Assembly: GCA_038232235.1 (NCBI GenBank)
Contig: JBBSIE010000002.1
Coordinates: 24,572 to 88,571, forward strand
Reading direction: 5' to 3'
From: Pyrinomonadales bacterium
GTDB lineage: Bacteria > Acidobacteriota > Blastocatellia > Pyrinomonadales > Pyrinomonadaceae
Length of the DNA: 64,000 bases
A model generated the notes under the pieces. It was not told where the DNA came from, searched no databases, and worked only from the letters and a program-made list of their open reading frames with translations. Both the position numbers and the translations under genes were made by a program. Of the stretch, positions 19,884-30,125 are shown piece after piece. Position 1 is the stretch's first letter. Every line of letters begins with the position of its first letter.

Positions 19884-19958
19884 CCTTTCAGTTTTGGTAA
19901 ATCGCAAATTTTTCCTGATCCTACAGAAACACTTTTCTGATTTTATTAGTTCAAAACT

Positions 19959-21260
19959 ATGAATTGTACCGTTTGTAATCGAACCAATTCCGTAATTTTA
20001 TCAGTTTGCCCGACCTGCGGAGCAATGTTAAATGACTCTGTTCGTAAAGAGTTAAATCCTAAAATTTCTCCCGCTGCAAAACAAATAAATTTTGAAATGA
20101 AAGAAAAATCGTCCGTGTCGAACAAATTAAATCATCAAATTGCAGTTTCTAATTCGTCTGAACCGAAACAACACACGACGGAAATCACGGTCAAAATGAC
20201 CAGTCCGACATTGGTTGATTTTCAAAATAAAGACGCGACCATTCCAGAATGGCGCTTAAAGGTGCAGAACGCCGTGCGAAAGCGGCAGGGACAGAGCGAA
20301 TTGGCGACGGAAATGGCGGTTTTGCCGTCCGTCCGTCAATCGGAAAATTCAAATTTACAGCCTGCCCTTCAAAAAAGATTGGCGATTAGCGGCGCAAACG
20401 CGCTGAAAGCCGAAATTGTTGCAGAAGAAATTCCGATTGAACAACAAAATGCGACTTTAAGCAGTGCGTTGCAGCGCATCGAAGAATCGCGCCGGAAATT
20501 TTTGGAGGAAGAAAAAAAGGAAGTTTCAGCGACAGTATTGACACCGCCGACAAACAATAAACATCCGTTTTATATTGCAACAAAGCAGGCGGAAGTTACG
20601 CCGACAGTCGTCAAAGCCTCGATAAATCCGCCGATCAAGCCGAAACTCGCGCCGCCGTTAAAATTAGACAGCGAACCGCTTGATACAAATAAACTGCCGC
20701 CTTTGCCGCAGGAAGTGAAATCCGCCTTTGGTTTTGCTCAACGTCTTATAAGTACTTTCGTCGGTGAAGTAAAAATTGGAAAAACTGAAGAAAAAACGAA
20801 AAACACAGACGCGGAAATTGTCGAATCTGAAGAAATCATTGAGGAAATAGATGATTGTGCGCCATTGGCAATGCGCTTTAACGCCGGACTTTTCGATTTA
20901 ATCATCGGTTCGTTTTTAAGTATGATTTTGATTGCGCCGTTTGTGATTTCCGGTAGAAGTTGGTTCACTTTTGAAGGCTTTCTCGCATTTTTGGCAATCA
21001 CCGCAATCGTAATGTTCATTTATCTGACGACTACCATCGGCTTCTATGGCAGAACTTTCGGAATGCGGCTTTTTTCGCTGGAAGTCGTTGACATCGAAGG
21101 CGAAAATTATCCGACGATGCACCAGGCGGCGGTTAGTTCAGCCGTCTATATTTTGTCTTTGCTTTTTTGCGGAATCGGTTTTTTAACGGTTTTTTTCAAT
21201 GAAGATAACCGCGCCGCGCACGATCTGATTTCAAAAACCATCGTCGTCAAAGAATTTTAA
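19959..21260 (+). CDS. RDD-family membrane protein with N-terminal zinc-ribbon
   Basis: CTVC..x12..CPTCG at the N-terminus. The C-terminal RDD domain reads RFNAGLFDLIIG..GRTFGMRLFSLEVVD..RAAHDLISKTIVV. Confidence 0.75.
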   Translation: MNCTVCNRTNSVILSVCPTCGAMLNDSVRKELNPKISPAAKQINFEMKEKSSVSNKLNHQIAVSNSSEPKQHTTEITVKMTSPTLVDFQNKDATIPEWRLKVQNAVRKRQGQSELATEMAVLPSVRQSENSNLQPALQKRLAISGANALKAEIVAEEIPIEQQNATLSSALQRIEESRRKFLEEEKKEVSATVLTPPTNNKHPFYIATKQAEVTPTVVKASINPPIKPKLAPPLKLDSEPLDTNKLPPLPQEVKSAFGFAQRLISTFVGEVKIGKTEEKTKNTDAEIVESEEIIEEIDDCAPLAMRFNAGLFDLIIGSFLSMILIAPFVISGRSWFTFEGFLAFLAITAIVMFIYLTTTIGFYGRTFGMRLFSLEVVDIEGENYPTMHQAAVSSAVYILSLLFCGIGFLTVFFNEDNRAAHDLISKTIVVKEF

Positions 21261-21261
21261 T

Positions 21262-21310
21262 TCGTCAATCGCACTTTTTTCTATTTACGATTTACGATTG
21301 ACGATTTACA
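21262..21310. repeat. atttacg-family tandem heptamers with a short inverted partner
   Basis: atttacg atttacg attgacg atttaca at 21283-21310. tcgtcaatcg (21262-21271) is complementary to cgattgacga (21294-21303). The unit is the same as at 12844. Confidence 0.8.
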
Positions 21311-21321
21311 ATTAGAGAACT

Positions 21322-22758
21322 TTGAACGAAAAAACTCTCGAAAAAATCAGTGCCGAACTTGCGCCGCGTTTAACCGGACAAAAGTTCGGCAAAATTTTTG
21401 CGCTCTCGCGTTTTCGGCTGGCGATTGACTTTCGTCTGCGCGATTCAAATTATCTTTACATCAGCGTTGAACCTTCCGCGCCGCGCGTTTATTTGATTAC
21501 CCGGCGTTTGCGCGATCTCGAAAAACAATCGAAAAATTCCACGCCGTTTATAATTTACCTGCGAAGCAAATTAGCCAATTCCGTTTTGCAGACAATCGAA
21601 AAATTAAAAAACGAACGCGTTTTACGTTTCGCTTTTTCGGCGCGAAATGAAATCGGGCAAACGGAAAATTACATTTTGATTCTGCAATTGACCGGACGTT
21701 CGGCGAATCTTTTTCTGCTCGATGCGAACGATTATATTCTCGATGCGATGCGTGAAAATTCGGGCGAAGGTCAGCAGGTCAACGAAAAATACGCGCCGCC
21801 GTTTCGTGATAGCGCGATTATCAGAAAACCGGAAGAAAGTTTTTCGCCGGGAAATTTTGAAAATTTATCCGAAGCGTTGGACGCGCATTATCTGGAAATC
21901 GAAGCGGAAAAGGCGTTTCAGTCAAAAGCGCACGCGGCGCGAAATAAACTCAATCAGGAAATAAAAAAGCGCGAAAAGTTACTGAAAAATCTCAATAAAG
22001 ATTTGGAAAATCACGGCGACGCGGAAAAATGGAAACGCTTCGGCGATTTACTGCTGGCAAATATCGCATTGGCGAAACGCGAAGGCGACGTGGTTTTCGT
22101 CACGGATTTTTACGACGAAAATACGCCGACGGTGGAAGTCGAAGTCGAAGAACATATTTCGCTGACCGAAGCCGCCGAAAGTTTTTTCAAACGCTATACG
22201 AAAGCGCGCAACGCGAAAGAAGAAGTTAGCAAACGTCTGCAAGTCGTCGAAGCGGAATTGAGCGATTTGAACGAGCAGAAACAACGACTCGAAGAAGCAA
22301 TTGACGAAAAAGACGAAAGCGTTTTGGACGAATTTTCAGCCAAAGAACAGGAGAAACCACGCGTCGGAAACAAGGAAAAACAGACGGCTGATTTCAAAGG
22401 CGCGAGACAATATTTTTCTTCCGAAGGTTTTGAAATTCTCGTCGGGAAAAAAGCAAAAGATAACGATTATCTGACTTTCCGCGTCGCCAAATCGCTCGAT
22501 TTATGGCTTCACGCGGCTGATTATCCGGGTTCGCACGTCGTCGTTAAAAATCCGAATCGCGCAGAAATTCCGCCGAAAACTCTGCTCGAAGCCGCGCAAA
22601 TCGCCGCCTTTTTCAGCCAAGCCGGATCGCAATCCAAAGTCGCCGTCCATTACACAAACAAAAAATACGTCGGCAAACCGAAAGGCGCGGCGGCGGGACT
22701 CGTCAGTTTGGCGAGCTTTAAAACGATTCTCGTTGAGCCTAAAATAATCGAACAATGA
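21322..22758 (+). CDS. NFACT-family protein (RqcH/FbpA-like ribosome quality-control factor)
   Basis: TTG start; NFACT-N (GQKFGKIF..RFRLAIDF..YLYISVEPSAPRVYL); coiled coil; NFACT-R/DUF814 (GFEILVGKKAKDNDYLTFRVAKSLDLWLHAADYPGSHVVV). Confidence 0.8.
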   Translation: MNEKTLEKISAELAPRLTGQKFGKIFALSRFRLAIDFRLRDSNYLYISVEPSAPRVYLITRRLRDLEKQSKNSTPFIIYLRSKLANSVLQTIEKLKNERVLRFAFSARNEIGQTENYILILQLTGRSANLFLLDANDYILDAMRENSGEGQQVNEKYAPPFRDSAIIRKPEESFSPGNFENLSEALDAHYLEIEAEKAFQSKAHAARNKLNQEIKKREKLLKNLNKDLENHGDAEKWKRFGDLLLANIALAKREGDVVFVTDFYDENTPTVEVEVEEHISLTEAAESFFKRYTKARNAKEEVSKRLQVVEAELSDLNEQKQRLEEAIDEKDESVLDEFSAKEQEKPRVGNKEKQTADFKGARQYFSSEGFEILVGKKAKDNDYLTFRVAKSLDLWLHAADYPGSHVVVKNPNRAEIPPKTLLEAAQIAAFFSQAGSQSKVAVHYTNKKYVGKPKGAAAGLVSLASFKTILVEPKIIEQ

Positions 22759-23507
22759 AAATTAATCTGAAACAAATTCTCGTCATCATCGCCACATTCG
22801 GCGTAATCGCCGTCAATTATTTCGCCGCGCAGGGTTACATCAACAACATCACGCCCGCCGCGATTTCCGACAAATATCCGACATTGATTACGCCCGCCGG
22901 TTACGCTTTTTCGATTTGGAGCTTGATTTATTTGGGTTTGATCGCTTTCAGCATTTATCAGGCACTGCCTTCAAACACGGAAAATCCGCTTTTCAAACGT
23001 ATTCGTTCGCTGTATATCGCCAACTGCGCGGCGAATTGTTTGTGGATTTATCTGTGGCATTACGACCAGATTACAGCGGCTCTCGGCGTGATGTTTATCA
23101 TTCTCGGAACGCTCGTTTTAATCAATCTTAATTTGCGAAATGTTGAAACAATGAATGAAACTTGGCTGGCGCGTGTTCCGTTCAGTCTTTATTTCGGCTG
23201 GATTACGGTGGCGACGATTTTAAATTTTTCCGTCGCGCTGGTTTTTCTCGGCGTGAACACGAGCGAAGGAAATTCGGTAATTTTAAGTTCAGTTTTAATC
23301 GTCGTCGCGGTTATTTTAGGAGTTTTGATTCATTTCAAACTTTCAATTTTCGCGTATCCGCTGGCAATCGCGTGGGCTTTAACGGCAATCGCTGTCAAAC
23401 AAAGCGGCAAAACTTCAATCGTCGTCTGCGCCGCGTTCGGCGTGATTGCGCTTTTAATTGCGGCGTTAACTGCATTTTTGAATTTGGGTAAAAAAAGCAA
23501 TGAATAA
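22755..23507 (+). CDS. TspO/MBR-related tryptophan-rich membrane protein
   Basis: ATGA overlap with the upstream stop. ISDKYPTLITPAGYAFSIWSLIYLGL plus a Trp-rich polytopic profile. Confidence 0.5.
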   Translation: MKINLKQILVIIATFGVIAVNYFAAQGYINNITPAAISDKYPTLITPAGYAFSIWSLIYLGLIAFSIYQALPSNTENPLFKRIRSLYIANCAANCLWIYLWHYDQITAALGVMFIILGTLVLINLNLRNVETMNETWLARVPFSLYFGWITVATILNFSVALVFLGVNTSEGNSVILSSVLIVVAVILGVLIHFKLSIFAYPLAIAWALTAIAVKQSGKTSIVVCAAFGVIALLIAALTAFLNLGKKSNE

Positions 23508-25005
23508 GGGAAAAATCTGCGTTTCGGTTTGCGCTGAAACTGCAAATGAAATGCTTGAACAAATTAAACGCGCCGAAGATTTAGCGGACGTTATCGAAAT
23601 TCGTTTTGATTGTTTGGATGAAATTGAAATTGAAAAATTTTACACAACACTTGACCGCAATTGGGAAATTTCAGATGTTCCGTTTATCTCAACATTTCGA
23701 CCAAAACTACAAGGCGGAAAACGCGAATTAACTTGGAAAGAACGTCAGGATTTCTGGAATAGCGGCAATGAAATTGGTTGGATTGATTGTGAAGAAGATT
23801 TTATCGAAGATTCTTTTTCGTGGCTTTGGGAAGAAAGAATTTGTTCTTATCACGATTTTGAAACAACACCGGAAAATCTTTCTACAATTTATCGCAGACT
23901 TAAAGGGACTGAGACTGACATCATAAAAATCGCCGTTCAAGCTGATGATATTACCAACACGATTCCAATCTGGAAACTTCTCGAACGTGCAAAGTCAGAA
24001 AACAAACAAATTATCCCAATCGCAATGGGCGAAGCCGGAAAATGGACGCGGATTTTGGGTTTGGCGCACGGCGCATTTATGACTTACGCTTCGCTCGAAT
24101 CAGGAAGTGAAACCGCGCCCGGACAAGTTTCAGCGGTAGATTTAATCGAAGTTTACCGCGCCAAAGAACTTGACGAACAAACCGCAATTTATGGAATAAT
24201 CGGCGGAAATACAAGTTATTCGATGTCGCCTTATATGCACAACACGGCTTTCAAATCTGCCGGATTAAATGCGGTTTTCGTGCCGCTTCAAGTCAATAAT
24301 TTAGACGAATTTATTGCGCGAATGGTCAAACCCGCGACGCGCGAAATCGAACTTAATTTCAGAGGTTTTTCGGTGACGAACCCGCACAAACAAAACATTA
24401 TCAAACATCTCGACGACATTGACGAAACGGCGCAAAAAATCGGCGCAGTCAACACGGTCAAAATTATTGACGGCAAACTTTACGGTTACAACACCGACGC
24501 GGGCGGCTTTATCGAACCGTTGAAAAACGCTTACGGCGATTTAAACGGCGCGAAAGTCGCCGTTTTTGGCGCGGGCGGCGCGTCGCGGGCTTGTGTTTAC
24601 GCGCTTACACAGGAAAATGCGGACGTGACGATTTTCGCGCGTGATATTGAAAAGTCGAAAAATTTAGCGGATGAGTTCACAGTAAAAAGTAAACAGTTCA
24701 AAGTTCAAGATAAAAACTACGGCGAATTTGATATTTTGGTGAATGCAATGCCGCTGGGAACAAAAGGTAAATTGGAAAATCTTTCGATTGCCGTCGCCGA
24801 ACAAATAAAAGACGTAAACTTAATTTACGATTTGATTTACAATCCTTTTCAAACGCGCCTGATGACGGAAGCCGACCGCGTTCACGTTCCGAAAATCGGC
24901 GGAATGGCGATGCTCGTCGCGCAGGGCGCGGAGCAATTTAGAATTTGGACGGGAAAAGACGCACCGCTCAAAGAAATGAGCGCGGCTGCGCTTCGCAGAC
25001 TTTAG
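23500..25005 (+). CDS. Bifunctional 3-dehydroquinate dehydratase (type I) / shikimate dehydrogenase
   Basis: The N-terminal half is AroD-like (ICVSVCA..IEIRFD..IKIAV). The C-terminal half is AroE-like (YGIIGGNTSYSMSPYMHNTAF, FSVTNPHKQ, GAVNT, NTDAGGF, GAGGASRA). Confidence 0.9.
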   Translation: MNKGKICVSVCAETANEMLEQIKRAEDLADVIEIRFDCLDEIEIEKFYTTLDRNWEISDVPFISTFRPKLQGGKRELTWKERQDFWNSGNEIGWIDCEEDFIEDSFSWLWEERICSYHDFETTPENLSTIYRRLKGTETDIIKIAVQADDITNTIPIWKLLERAKSENKQIIPIAMGEAGKWTRILGLAHGAFMTYASLESGSETAPGQVSAVDLIEVYRAKELDEQTAIYGIIGGNTSYSMSPYMHNTAFKSAGLNAVFVPLQVNNLDEFIARMVKPATREIELNFRGFSVTNPHKQNIIKHLDDIDETAQKIGAVNTVKIIDGKLYGYNTDAGGFIEPLKNAYGDLNGAKVAVFGAGGASRACVYALTQENADVTIFARDIEKSKNLADEFTVKSKQFKVQDKNYGEFDILVNAMPLGTKGKLENLSIAVAEQIKDVNLIYDLIYNPFQTRLMTEADRVHVPKIGGMAMLVAQGAEQFRIWTGKDAPLKEMSAAALRRL

Positions 25006-25087
25006 AATTGAAACAATAGAAGTTTTGAAGGAGTTCGCAAATAGAATCTTATTTGTTGAAAATAACAACGGCGCGTTGAATTATGAA

Positions 25088-25660
25088 CTATTTAGTCGTA
25101 TCAATTTCCGCATATTCCAGTTTCAAAAGATTGTTCTGACGTTTAAACAGCCAACTGTGATGATTCGGGTCTTTGCCCGCCGCTTTATTTTTGCTCGACG
25201 ACCCGTAGCTGTAACTTTTGACTAAACGATTATTCGCTTTCGCATCAGGAGTTGGAATAATCGTTAAATCAAACACAACGGCGGAAGTGTTCATTTCAGG
25301 AACAGTCAAACGTAAGATATTTTGAACTTCTTCAGGTAATTCGGCAAACTTTATGTTCGAACCTTCGATAATTGAACTCTGCGGCGAATTTCCCGTTTTC
25401 GCATTGCTTTTCTCTTTCGCACCAACAGGTTTTGAGTCGTCGAAGCATAATTCCTGCGGAATATTTACGCCCAACGGTAAACCGATTGCGCGTTTTTGTG
25501 AACATTCCGAAAGTTTCTTTTGAACGGGCGGTGTCGGCGCGGACTCCACGCTATTTTTATTGGAGTTATTGGAAACACTCGCCGACATTGACTGCATATT
25601 GAAATTAAAACAAGCCGATAAGATTAATCCGATCAAAATGAAAAGCAGTCTAAAAATCAT
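25088..25660 (-). CDS. Hypothetical lipoprotein
   Basis: Start at M26 with a GAGGGA RBS; lipobox-like LILSAC; no family motif. Confidence 0.45.
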   Translation of the reverse strand: MIFRLLFILIGLILSACFNFNMQSMSASVSNNSNKNSVESAPTPPVQKKLSECSQKRAIGLPLGVNIPQELCFDDSKPVGAKEKSNAKTGNSPQSSIIEGSNIKFAELPEEVQNILRLTVPEMNTSAVVFDLTIIPTPDAKANNRLVKSYSYGSSSKNKAAGKDPNHHSWLFKRQNNLLKLEYAEIDTTK

Positions 25661-26071
25661 AATTTCCCTCAATTCTCGGCATACCAACGCGACTGCACCA
25701 ACGTAATATTGGCGCGGTCGTGTTCGATTGTGCAAGACCCGCGCCTCAGGATATGTAAACGCTTACTAACAACATTTTTAATTTATTTTCTCCGTCTATG
25801 GATAATAAGTTCGTCTGTCGCACCAGTCAATGATTATTTTCGTTGTAAAGAGACTATAATTATTGCAGGTTTTTCCTTCGCATTTATCTTTTTCAAACCA
25901 TTATCTTCATCAACTCAGAAGCAACAATAGACTGTATGACTCACTGTGAGCTAATTGGCTTACTTTTTACAATTGAGTTAGTATTTTTTTAATAAGAATT
26001 TCCTTGATTGATGCGAATAACTTAAATAAAATATCGCCGAAATTCAGTAATCAAAAAGTTTAACCAAATAT

Positions 26072-26857
26072 ATGATTGAATACGGAAAAAATCCACAGCT
26101 TTCTTACAACGAATATCTAAAAGTTCCCGAATTGGTAAATTTACAGGAAACTTTGAGCGAGCCGGTCAGCCACGACGAACTGCTTTTCATCGTCATTCAT
26201 CAAACTTATGAACTTTGGTTCAAGCAGATTCTGCACGAAATTGACGCGACGATTGACTGGATGAACGAAAAACGAATGTTTCGCGCCAATCATTCGCTGA
26301 AATCGATCACGGCGATTGAACGGGTTATTATCACGCAGATTCACATTTTGGAAACGATGGCGCAGATCGGATTTTTAGAATTTCGGGATAAACTCAATCC
26401 GGCGAGCGGTTTCCAGTCAACGCAGTTCCGCGAACTCGAATTCGTTTCGGGCGCGAAGGACGAGAAAATTCTCAACTTTTTCAAGTTCGACGAATTCGCT
26501 TTCCAGCGTCTGACCGAAAGATACAACGCGCCGAGTTTGGCGGATACGTTTTGGAATTTGCTGAAAAGCGAAGATTTTAATGTTGAAAATACGGATGCAA
26601 AGGTCAAATCAATCGTCGAAATTTTGACGCATCCTGAAAAATACGCCGAGCTTTTTATAATGCAGGATTTGCTCATCGAACACGACGAAAACATCGCGCT
26701 CTGGCGTTATCATCACGTTTTAATGGTCGAACGAATGCTCGGAATGAAACGCGGCACGGGTGGTTCGGAAGGCGCGGGTTATCTGCGAACGACTTTGGAT
26801 AAGAAATTTTTCCCCGAATTGTGGGAAGCACGAACGCATCTTCAAGTAAAAAAGTAA
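26072..26857 (+). CDS. kynA: Tryptophan 2,3-dioxygenase
   Basis: YNEYLKVPELVNLQ..SHDELLFIVIHQTYELWFKQILHE and ..GTGGSEGAGYLR are typical of bacterial TDO. Confidence 0.88.
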   Translation: MIEYGKNPQLSYNEYLKVPELVNLQETLSEPVSHDELLFIVIHQTYELWFKQILHEIDATIDWMNEKRMFRANHSLKSITAIERVIITQIHILETMAQIGFLEFRDKLNPASGFQSTQFRELEFVSGAKDEKILNFFKFDEFAFQRLTERYNAPSLADTFWNLLKSEDFNVENTDAKVKSIVEILTHPEKYAELFIMQDLLIEHDENIALWRYHHVLMVERMLGMKRGTGGSEGAGYLRTTLDKKFFPELWEARTHLQVKK

Positions 26858-26861
26858 TGTT

Positions 26862-27491
26862 TTACGGTGCTTTTCGCGCAACTTCTCGAAAACTTTCGCC
26901 CGCGAAAATAGCGCGAATCGCATTAAAAATCCGTTTTAATGCGCGAATAACCTTCGGCGCGAACCAGATAAAGAAAATTCCGAACATTACTAAAACAAAC
27001 GCAATTAAAATCGGAGCAAAAACCGCTAAAAGCGTGCCGACAAATGCGATAATGTCTTCGGCAATTGATAAAACCCAATTGGAAAAAGGTTCGGGCGAAA
27101 GATTTGCGGTCGCCCGAACCGCCGCTTTAGTGCCGTGCGAAGAAAGCGCGAGTCCGCCGCCGAGCAATGTAGCAATCGTCATCACCGAAGTGTCGGTCTG
27201 ATTGGTCGCCGCGTAAGCCATCAACGCGCCAGCCGGAACGCGGATAAAAGTGTGGATCACATCCCAAACCGAATCAACGTAAGGAATTTTGTCGGCGAAA
27301 AACTCGATTGCATAAAGAAATCCGGCGATTCCGATAATCCACCAATTATCGAGAACGTCCAAACCGCCGGGCAAATGAGTCAGATTAAATTTCTGCAAAA
27401 GTCCCAAAACAGTCACGGTTGCATAAAGATTTATTCCCGAAGTCCACGCCGTGCCGAGTGCCAAACTCAATGTTGAAAACCATTCCATCAC
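26862..27491 (-). CDS. DUF4126-family membrane protein
   Basis: LALGTAWTSGINLYATVTVLG..FFADKIPYVDSVWDVIHTFIRVPAGA. Confidence 0.7.
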   Translation of the reverse strand: MMEWFSTLSLALGTAWTSGINLYATVTVLGLLQKFNLTHLPGGLDVLDNWWIIGIAGFLYAIEFFADKIPYVDSVWDVIHTFIRVPAGALMAYAATNQTDTSVMTIATLLGGGLALSSHGTKAAVRATANLSPEPFSNWVLSIAEDIIAFVGTLLAVFAPILIAFVLVMFGIFFIWFAPKVIRALKRIFNAIRAIFAGESFREVARKAP

Positions 27492-27527
27492 ATTTCCTCC
27501 GCAGTAAAAACTTTATTGCCTTTTTTA

Positions 27528-28874
27528 TTACGATTCTTCCTCTTCTTCAGTTCCGTCGCGTTTGATACCGAATTTTTCTAATCTGTATTGCAAAGTTCGG
27601 AAAGTCAAACCGAGCATTTTCGCTGATTTCGTGATGTTATTGTCGGTGCGTTCCATCGCCTGCATTATCAAACTGCGCTCGACATCTTCAAAATTTACGC
27701 CTTCGGGCGGCAGTTTGAAAAGTTCGTCGGCTGAAATGGGTTTTGATTCCTGTGTCATTTCCGGCGGCAAATCTTCAATCGTAATCGTGTCGTTTTCACA
27801 TAACAGCGTGGCGCGTTCGATTGCCGATTCTAGTTGGCGGACATTGCCCGGATAACTGTAATTTTCCAACAGACGCTTGGCTTCGGTGTTGATTTTTATG
27901 TCGCGTTTCGTGTCGCGTGTGTGTTTTTTGAGAAAATATTCCATCAAAACCGGAATATCCGAACGACGCTCACGAAGCGGCGGGATTTCGATGCTCAAAA
28001 CATTCAGGCGATAATATAAATCTTCGCGGAAACGTCCTTCCTGCGACATCTTTAACAAATCGCGGTTGGTCGCAGCGACGACGCGCACGTCAACATTTAA
28101 TTCCTTCGTGCCGCCGACGCGACGGATTTGTTTTTCCTGTAAAGCGCGGAGAATTTTCGCCTGCAAAGCGATGTCGAGTTCGCCGATTTCATCCAAAAAA
28201 AGCGTTCCGCGGTCGGCGACTTCAAAAAGACCTTTCTTTTCGCCGACCGCGCCGGTGAAACTCCCTTTTTCGTGTCCGAAAAGTTCGCTTTCAAGCAGAT
28301 TTTCGTTAATCGCCGCACAGTTGACGGCTTGAAAAACTTCATCTGTTCGCAGTGAATTATTGTGAATCGCCCGCGCAATCAATTCCTTTCCCGTTCCCGA
28401 TTCGCCGCGAATCAGCACCGTCGAACTGGATTTGGCGACCTTCAAAATCAGCTTTTTCACCTTGTCCATTTCCGGCGAATCGGAAATAATCTCCGCGTCG
28501 AGCGTCGTCAATTTATTCAAAGCGCGTGAAATCGTATCGAGCAGTTTTTCCGCATCGTATGGTTTTTGCAGATAATCAAACGCACCCAAACGCAAAGCGT
28601 CAACCGCCGAATCAACTGTTCCGTGCGCCGTTAAAAGCAGGACAATAATAGATTTATCAAAATCGGTTAATTCCTTCAACAAATCCAAACCGCTCATTCC
28701 CGTCATTTTAAAATCGGTCAAAACGAGATCAAAATGCCGGTCGGCGACAAATTTCATCGCCGCTTCGCCCGAACTCGCCGTCGTTACGTCATAACCTTCG
28801 CCCGACAAAATCATCTCCAAAATCTCGCGCTGAGATTTCTCGTCGTCCACTACTAATATGCTTTTCCTTGCCAT
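27528..28874 (-). CDS. Sigma-54-dependent response regulator (NtrC family)
   Basis: REC domain (ILVVDDE..DLVLTDFKMTGMSG), AAA+ (GESGTGKE, GAFTGA-like GSFTGA, ESELFGHEKG) and a C-terminal Fis-type HTH. Confidence 0.93.
   Translation of the reverse strand: MARKSILVVDDEKSQREILEMILSGEGYDVTTASSGEAAMKFVADRHFDLVLTDFKMTGMSGLDLLKELTDFDKSIIVLLLTAHGTVDSAVDALRLGAFDYLQKPYDAEKLLDTISRALNKLTTLDAEIISDSPEMDKVKKLILKVAKSSSTVLIRGESGTGKELIARAIHNNSLRTDEVFQAVNCAAINENLLESELFGHEKGSFTGAVGEKKGLFEVADRGTLFLDEIGELDIALQAKILRALQEKQIRRVGGTKELNVDVRVVAATNRDLLKMSQEGRFREDLYYRLNVLSIEIPPLRERRSDIPVLMEYFLKKHTRDTKRDIKINTEAKRLLENYSYPGNVRQLESAIERATLLCENDTITIEDLPPEMTQESKPISADELFKLPPEGVNFEDVERSLIMQAMERTDNNITKSAKMLGLTFRTLQYRLEKFGIKRDGTEEEEES
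28781..28874. repeat. Direct repeat copy A (5' end of the response-regulator gene)
   Basis: Aligns with 30985-31078 at a fixed offset of 2204 nt. The 68-nt core (28792-28859) has a single mismatch; both flanks are more divergent. Confidence 0.9.
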
Positions 28875-29055
28875 AAATTTTTCTTATAAATTTTTCTTTG
28901 CTTTTACAGTCAAATAAGAGTATAAACCAAATTATAAATAAATTCCGTGAAAATTCGTAAGTCCTCGAAAGTTTCCGCTTCTCAAGCTTGAGGCATTCAC
29001 AAAATCTTTTTATTTATCTTGAGAATCAAATCTAAACTTATTGGAGGTGAGTTAA

Positions 29056-30064
29056 ATGAGGAAAAAAAAACAACTTAGCGTTTTATACGCTTCTAATCGC
29101 AGGGCTTTTCAGCCTATTTACAATTAACATTTCGGCGCAAAACAAAGTTTTACCAAAAACTGACACTACAATTAAACCGTGTTCAGGTGAAAAGTTTGTA
29201 ATGCCCGCTTCAATAGCTCTCGGAAATGAAATCTTTTTCGATTATCTTAAAGTCGCAACTTTGACGAAAGATAAAAGAGGAGAAGTTTTTGAGAAATTTT
29301 CAAATGAACAAAAAGCCAATTTTATCAAAGTTAATTTAGCTTTACAGTTCATCAAGCATCCAGATATGACAAATGATCAAAAAGAGTTTGTTATGGATGC
29401 AATTTCAAAAGTTTCTACTGATTTATATGACAAATCTGATCCCGAAAAAGTAAGCCGTAGCGAACAAAGCGGTTTAGAGATAGAAAGTAGGGCTTTAGGG
29501 CTGTTTACGCAGAAGGATTTAGGCGATTTTGTTGAGCCTTTAATGACAAACAAAAATGAAGAGGTTGCACTCTTGCAAAAGTATGAAGATTTACTCAAGA
29601 ACGGGATGAAAGCAAGAAAGAAACTTGTTAAAGAAATGCCTGTAAATGACAGAGTAAATATCTGGAAGACTCAACTCGTCTACCATTTGATAACGGCAGA
29701 TTTATCACAGCCACAGAGAGAATTAATTCTGGGATTTCTGACGACGTTATCGCCCGACACTTTTATAAATTCTGCAAAGCAAACTAAAGAAGAATCGGCA
29801 AAAGCCACTGAAATACTTGACAAGAAAATTCGGTCGGTTTTTTCAAAGGAAGAGGAATTTGCAATTTTTGAAGCACTCGGTATTCAGAAAGTTGTAACCG
29901 ATCCTCCAAGAGAAATGAATAATCTACCATCACCATGGACATTTTGTGATTGCCGTTGGTATTGCGGCAGTACTGTAGGTACATGTGGTGGTGGTAGTTG
30001 CGATGTAGAGCCTCACGGCTGCGGTCCGTTCGGAGGATCGTATTGTACTAGCAAGTGCGGATGA
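29056..30064 (+). CDS. Secreted Cys-rich protein with fulvocin-C-like C-terminal module; start and signal peptide out of frame across an A9 tract
   Basis: GGAGGT RBS plus ATG at 29056, then A9 (29062-29070). The +1 frame encodes KKNNLAFYTLLIAGLFSLFTINISA|QNK.. and continues into ORF 29201..30064. The C-terminus is WTFCDCRWYCGSTVGTCGGGSCDVEPHGCGPFGGSYCTSKCG (8 Cys). Confidence 0.55.
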
Positions 30065-30125
30065 TAAAATCAATTTTCCTTGGTAACCGAGTAGGACATT
30101 CTAGCCTACTCGGTTACCTTTCCAT

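Noticed and set aside
28981-28992. Perfect 12-bp palindrome ctcaagcttgag upstream of the Cys-rich protein gene, considered as an operator.
   Set aside because: It is a single occurrence containing a common restriction-site-like core, and there is no second half-site pattern. The evidence is insufficient to call it a regulatory site.
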